Of a stretch of 64,000 bases of DNA, positions 57,082-64,000 are shown piece after piece. The notes below the pieces were generated by a model. The model searched no databases and had not been told where the DNA came from. It saw only the letters and a list, made by a program, of their open reading frames with translations. The position numbers were made by a program, and so were the translations under genes. Numbering within the stretch: position 1 is the first letter of the stretch; each line of letters opens with the position of its first letter. The stretch covers positions 1,751-65,750 of the forward strand of contig JBBSML010000012.1 of assembly GCA_038233215.1 (NCBI GenBank), written 5' to 3'. Source of the stretch: Candidatus Limnocylindria bacterium (lineage in GTDB: Bacteria > Chloroflexota > Limnocylindria > QHBO01).

Positions 57082-57371
57082 TGCGGCCCAGCCTCAGATG
57101 TTTCCACGGCCGTTCCCGTAGCGGGCGGTCGGCGCATGAGCCGGCGGCATGAGCCGGCGGCATCACGCAACCGCGTTCGGTCATTTGCCGTGGTGGTGAG
57201 CATTAGCCGGAAACAGAGTCCACCACGGCGGCTGGTGAGCGTGACGGCGGCCGATCCACCGCTGTTCAATCGGCTAACGCCCGCCTGGACAGCAGGTGTC
57301 CGAAGGCTGATGGTTGAGCGGACAAATGCCGCGATGGTGGTCATTTGACCGAAGAATTTCCACCGCGGCAG
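57082..57371. repeat. repeated intergenic element family L, copy 3, plus a 13-bp tandem duplication gcatgagccggcg x2 (57134-57159)
   Basis: Core GCGTTCGGTCATTTGCCGTGGTGGTGAGCATTAGCCG (57173-57209); GGACAAATGCCGCGATGGTGGTCATTTGACCG (57320-57351); CGGCTAACGCCCGCCTGG. Confidence 0.6.
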
Positions 57372-58649
57372 CTATGCCTCGATGCGGTTGATGTTGGCGC
57401 CGAGGGCGACGAGCTTGGCTTCGATCTGCTCGTAGCCGCGATCCACGTGCTCGATGCCGGAGATGACCGACGTGCCCGTGGCGACGAGCGCGGCGAGGAT
57501 GAGGGTGGCGCCCGCACGCAGGTCCGCGATCCCGACCTCGGCACCGTGAAGGGGCGTGGGACCGGAGATCCTGGCGCGCCGGTCGTCGAGAAGCTCGATG
57601 TCGGCGCCCATCCGCGACAGCTCGCGCAGGTGGTCGAGACGGTCCTCGAAGATCGTCTCGTTGATGGTCGAGATGCCATCCGCTTGGGTGAGCAGGACTG
57701 AAAGGGGCGCCTGGAAGTCGGTGGCGAATCCGGGATAGGGATCGGTGCGCAGGTCGACGGCGCGCAGGGAACCCGGGTCAACGGCGCGGACGGTGAGGGT
57801 GGAGGCGGCCGCATCGGCCTCATAGGAAACGTTCATGCGATCGCAGACTTCCAGGAACGCGCCGAGGTGCGCGGGATTCACGCCACGCAGGGTGACCGAC
57901 CCGCCGGTGATGGCGGCCGCGATGGCGAAGGTTTCGGCCTCGAGCCGGTCGCCGATCACGTGGTGCTCGACCCCGCCCAAACGATCAACGCCCTCGATCT
58001 CGATGCGGCGCTCCTCCGTGCGCTCGATCCTGGCGCCCATGGAGCGGAGCATGGCAATCAGGTCGTCCACCTCCGGCTCGAGCGCCGCGTTGTCGAGGAT
58101 CGTCGTTCCGCGGGTCAGCGTGGCGGCCAGCATCGCGTTTTCGGTGCCCATGACGGTGACAATCGGGAACTCGATGTGCGCCCCTCGAAGACCGTCGGGC
58201 GGCGCCGCCGCAAAGTAGTAGCCGTTGCGATACACGATCGTGGCGCCCAGGCGCTCCATTGCGTGGACGTGCAGGTCGACCGGGCGCCGTCCGATTCGAT
58301 CCCCGCCGGGATTCGGCAGGATCACCCGGCCGAACCGCGCCAGCATCGGTCCCAGGAGGATGAAGCTGGCCCGCATTTTCATGGCCGCGTCGAGCGGCAC
58401 GAACGGCCACGGCGCTTCGACCGCGCGCAGCTCCAGCGCGTCGCCGTTCACGCGCCGAACCTCGAAACCGATATCGGTGAGGACCTCGCGCAGAATGGCG
58501 ACGTCGCTGATCTTCGGCACGTTGCGCAGCGTGCACGGTTCGTCGGTCAGGACGGCCGCGGCCATCATCTTCAGGACCGCGTTCTTGGCGCCGGCGATGC
58601 GCACCTCGCCGGAGAGCGGCACGCCGCCCGTGATCACGAACTTCTGCAT
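57372..58649 (-). CDS. murA: UDP-N-acetylglucosamine 1-carboxyvinyltransferase
   Basis: MQKFVITGGVPLSGEVRIAGAKNAVLKMMAA...; full-length EPT fold. Confidence 0.9.
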   Translation of the reverse strand: MQKFVITGGVPLSGEVRIAGAKNAVLKMMAAAVLTDEPCTLRNVPKISDVAILREVLTDIGFEVRRVNGDALELRAVEAPWPFVPLDAAMKMRASFILLGPMLARFGRVILPNPGGDRIGRRPVDLHVHAMERLGATIVYRNGYYFAAAPPDGLRGAHIEFPIVTVMGTENAMLAATLTRGTTILDNAALEPEVDDLIAMLRSMGARIERTEERRIEIEGVDRLGGVEHHVIGDRLEAETFAIAAAITGGSVTLRGVNPAHLGAFLEVCDRMNVSYEADAAASTLTVRAVDPGSLRAVDLRTDPYPGFATDFQAPLSVLLTQADGISTINETIFEDRLDHLRELSRMGADIELLDDRRARISGPTPLHGAEVGIADLRAGATLILAALVATGTSVISGIEHVDRGYEQIEAKLVALGANINRIEA

Positions 58650-58727
58650 GGACCGATGCAGTCTAGTGGGAGCCCTGCGGGAGCGCTGGAGTATATACGT
58701 ATATATTCCACAGCCGCCAAGGCCGAA

Positions 58728-59267
58728 TCACCCGGGAAACGCCTCTTTCCACTCATGCCCGCCCATGTGGTGGCCGTCGCACAACCCGAGGCGCCCCCCC
58801 ATGTGGCGCGACGGCAGATACGGCTGCATTCCCGCCTCGAAGGGAGTCGGCTCGCGATTGCAGATCATCATCCGCCCCTCTCGCGCCCACTCGTAGAGAT
58901 GATCAGATGAGCAGAACCGATACGGCTTCGTGAAATTGACCGTTTCACCATGGGCCGGACTGCTCGGGAGGCCGATCGGCCCTGTCTCGCGCACAACCTC
59001 GATCCGCACCGGCAACTGCGGCATGCGCGTGCCGCATCGGTCGCAGGACAGCACCCGTCAGCCGGTGTAATGCGCGCCGTCGTCCGCCGAGTGGCGCTCG
59101 ACGAAACCGGGATCGAGGTTGGGATCCTCGCCGACCGGTGATCCCCTGTGCGGCATCGAGTCGACCGGGCAGATGAACGGAAACTCGCGCCCGACCTTGC
59201 GAAGCTCCTGCATGCGCCGATGCGGGGGCTCCGGCTGTCCGGGTGGCGTCAACGGCTTCTCATCCAT
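58728..59267 (-). CDS. conserved-hypothetical Cys/His-rich protein interrupted by a single in-frame TGA (codon 59058-59060); either a 108-aa protein starting at GTG 59054, or a 179-aa protein with readthrough, selenocysteine or a pseudogene
   Basis: ORFs 59058..59267 and 58728..59054 are in the same frame, separated only by TGA-CGG-GTG. The downstream part has CDRCG...C and HMGGRLGLCDGHHMGGHEW. Confidence 0.35.
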
Positions 59268-59349
59268 GCGCCGATGCTACCGCAGCGGCCCACCATTGGC
59301 GCGATGCCCCTCCCGTACTGGCTGACGCGCTTCAATCTCGGATTGTCCC

Positions 59350-59500
59350 GCGCTTTGCGCCGGGTGCACGTAACGACCAAGATCGGGCGCTTATTGCGTC
59401 AAATCGGCCGGAACATGCCCAGTATTTGCACTACGCGCACACCCTGGTCAGCAAAACGAGGCAAAGTCGTAGATACGTGCACCCGGTGCAAGCGCCCACC
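59350..59500. repeat. inverted-repeat element family T, copy B: GGTGCACGTAACGAC (59363-59377) and a degenerate reverse-complement arm (59466-59483), flanked by TGCGCCGGGTGCA (59356-59368) and the perfect palindrome TGCACCCGGTGCA (59478-59490)
   Basis: Seen directly; the interior shares tttgcac..cgcgcaca with copy A. Confidence 0.55.
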
Positions 59501-59544
59501 CCGCCGCCTGATCGGGCCCGGCGGAGACGTGTCAGTGGCGAGAG

Positions 59545-59955
59545 TCAGCCGCGGGATCGGCGACGGGTGGCGATGCGCTCGCGCATGAGGGCGGTCTGGA
59601 GCGAGGCGCGGACGCGGCCGAGGTCGATGGGATCCTTGGTTTCGCCGAGCTCCGCCTCGGCTCGCTTGCGGGCCTCGACGGCCTTCGCCTCGTCGATCTC
59701 CTCGGAGTGCTCGGCCAGGTCGGCCATGACGATCACCTTGTCCGGGCGAACCTCCACAAAGCCGCCCGAGATGAGCAGTGACTGCTCGGTGCCGCCCTTC
59801 TTGATCCGGAGCTCCCCGATCCCCAACGCGCTGATCAGGCGCGTGTGGTGGGGCAGGATGCCGAGCTGGCCATCGATGCCGGGCACGATGACCATGTCCA
59901 CCTCATCGGTGTAGGCCAGTCGCTCCGGCGAGACGATCTCCAGCTGCATCGGCAT
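59545..59955 (-). CDS. atpC: F1 ATP synthase epsilon subunit
   Basis: MPMQLEIVSPERLAYTDEVDMVIVPGIDGQLGILPHH. Confidence 0.85.
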   Translation of the reverse strand: MPMQLEIVSPERLAYTDEVDMVIVPGIDGQLGILPHHTRLISALGIGELRIKKGGTEQSLLISGGFVEVRPDKVIVMADLAEHSEEIDEAKAVEARKRAEAELGETKDPIDLGRVRASLQTALMRERIATRRRSRG

Positions 59956-59958
59956 CGG

Positions 59959-62284
<2,326 letters not shown>

Positions 62285-62499
62285 CGGCTACGCGCCCGCC
62301 GCTCGGCCGGCTTGCACCGGGTGCACCAATTGGAGGAGCAGGGAGCCATGGGCACCCCATTCGAGGCGTGTTCTTGCATCGGGCGTGTGGGGGCGTGCGT
62401 GGAGGATCATCGGCTATTCCCAGGCCCCATGACGGTGTGCCAGGTCGCCGAATATATACGTATATACTTCGCGATCGACGGAGGGATTCGGAGGCGACA

Positions 62500-64000
<1,501 letters not shown>

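Noticed and set aside
57134-57163. Possible CRISPR array or VNTR
   Set aside because: A 13-bp unit (gcatgagccggcg) is present only twice, inside repeat element L3.

Overview
This 64 kb high-GC (about 68-70%) bacterial chromosomal window carries no rRNA, tRNA or CRISPR, and splits into three blocks. Block 1 (1-30.2 kb) is a cell-envelope glycan island. It holds a tandem array of GT87/DUF2029-type membrane glycosyltransferase paralogs with pseudogene debris (a truncated Gmd/Rmd-like dehydratase and a GT87 fragment), an rmlABDC dTDP-rhamnose operon, three GT2 glycosyltransferases (one GtrB-like with C-terminal TM helices), two SAM methyltransferases, a Wzx-like flippase, a DegT-type sugar aminotransferase, an embedded vapBC pair, an unusual fusion of a phosphoglycosyl-transferase domain to a CapD/PglF-type 4,6-dehydratase, a WaaL/PglL-like ligase with a C-terminal TPR domain, and four more GT-C-like membrane proteins. 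Together these look like a Pgl-like lipid-linked glycan pathway, possibly for protein O-glycosylation. Block 2 (30.3-46.4 kb) is a monoderm-type Tad/Flp pilus locus: Flp pilin, CpaB, TadZ with a canonical receiver domain, CpaF, TadB and TadC, plus a convergent set of six TadE/TadG-like minor pilins. One TadE-like protein is fused to three tandem PASTA-like repeats, and two two-component systems (NarL-type upstream, OmpR-type embedded) sit in the locus. No prepilin peptidase or secretin was found. Block 3 (46.4-64 kb) is housekeeping (comF, hpf, nfo, mreB, nei, murA, atpCDGA-partial). It is interrupted by a decayed comF paralog, a DUF192 gene convergently overlapping a Fic/Doc-like gene with a non-canonical active-site motif, a possible in-frame-TGA gene, and at least two families of repeated intergenic elements, including a 14-bp AT palindrome present twice and a TGCACCnGGTGCA palindrome. 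Gene calls rest on motif and family recognition by eye; start codons are approximate because many genes overlap by ATGA/GTGA.
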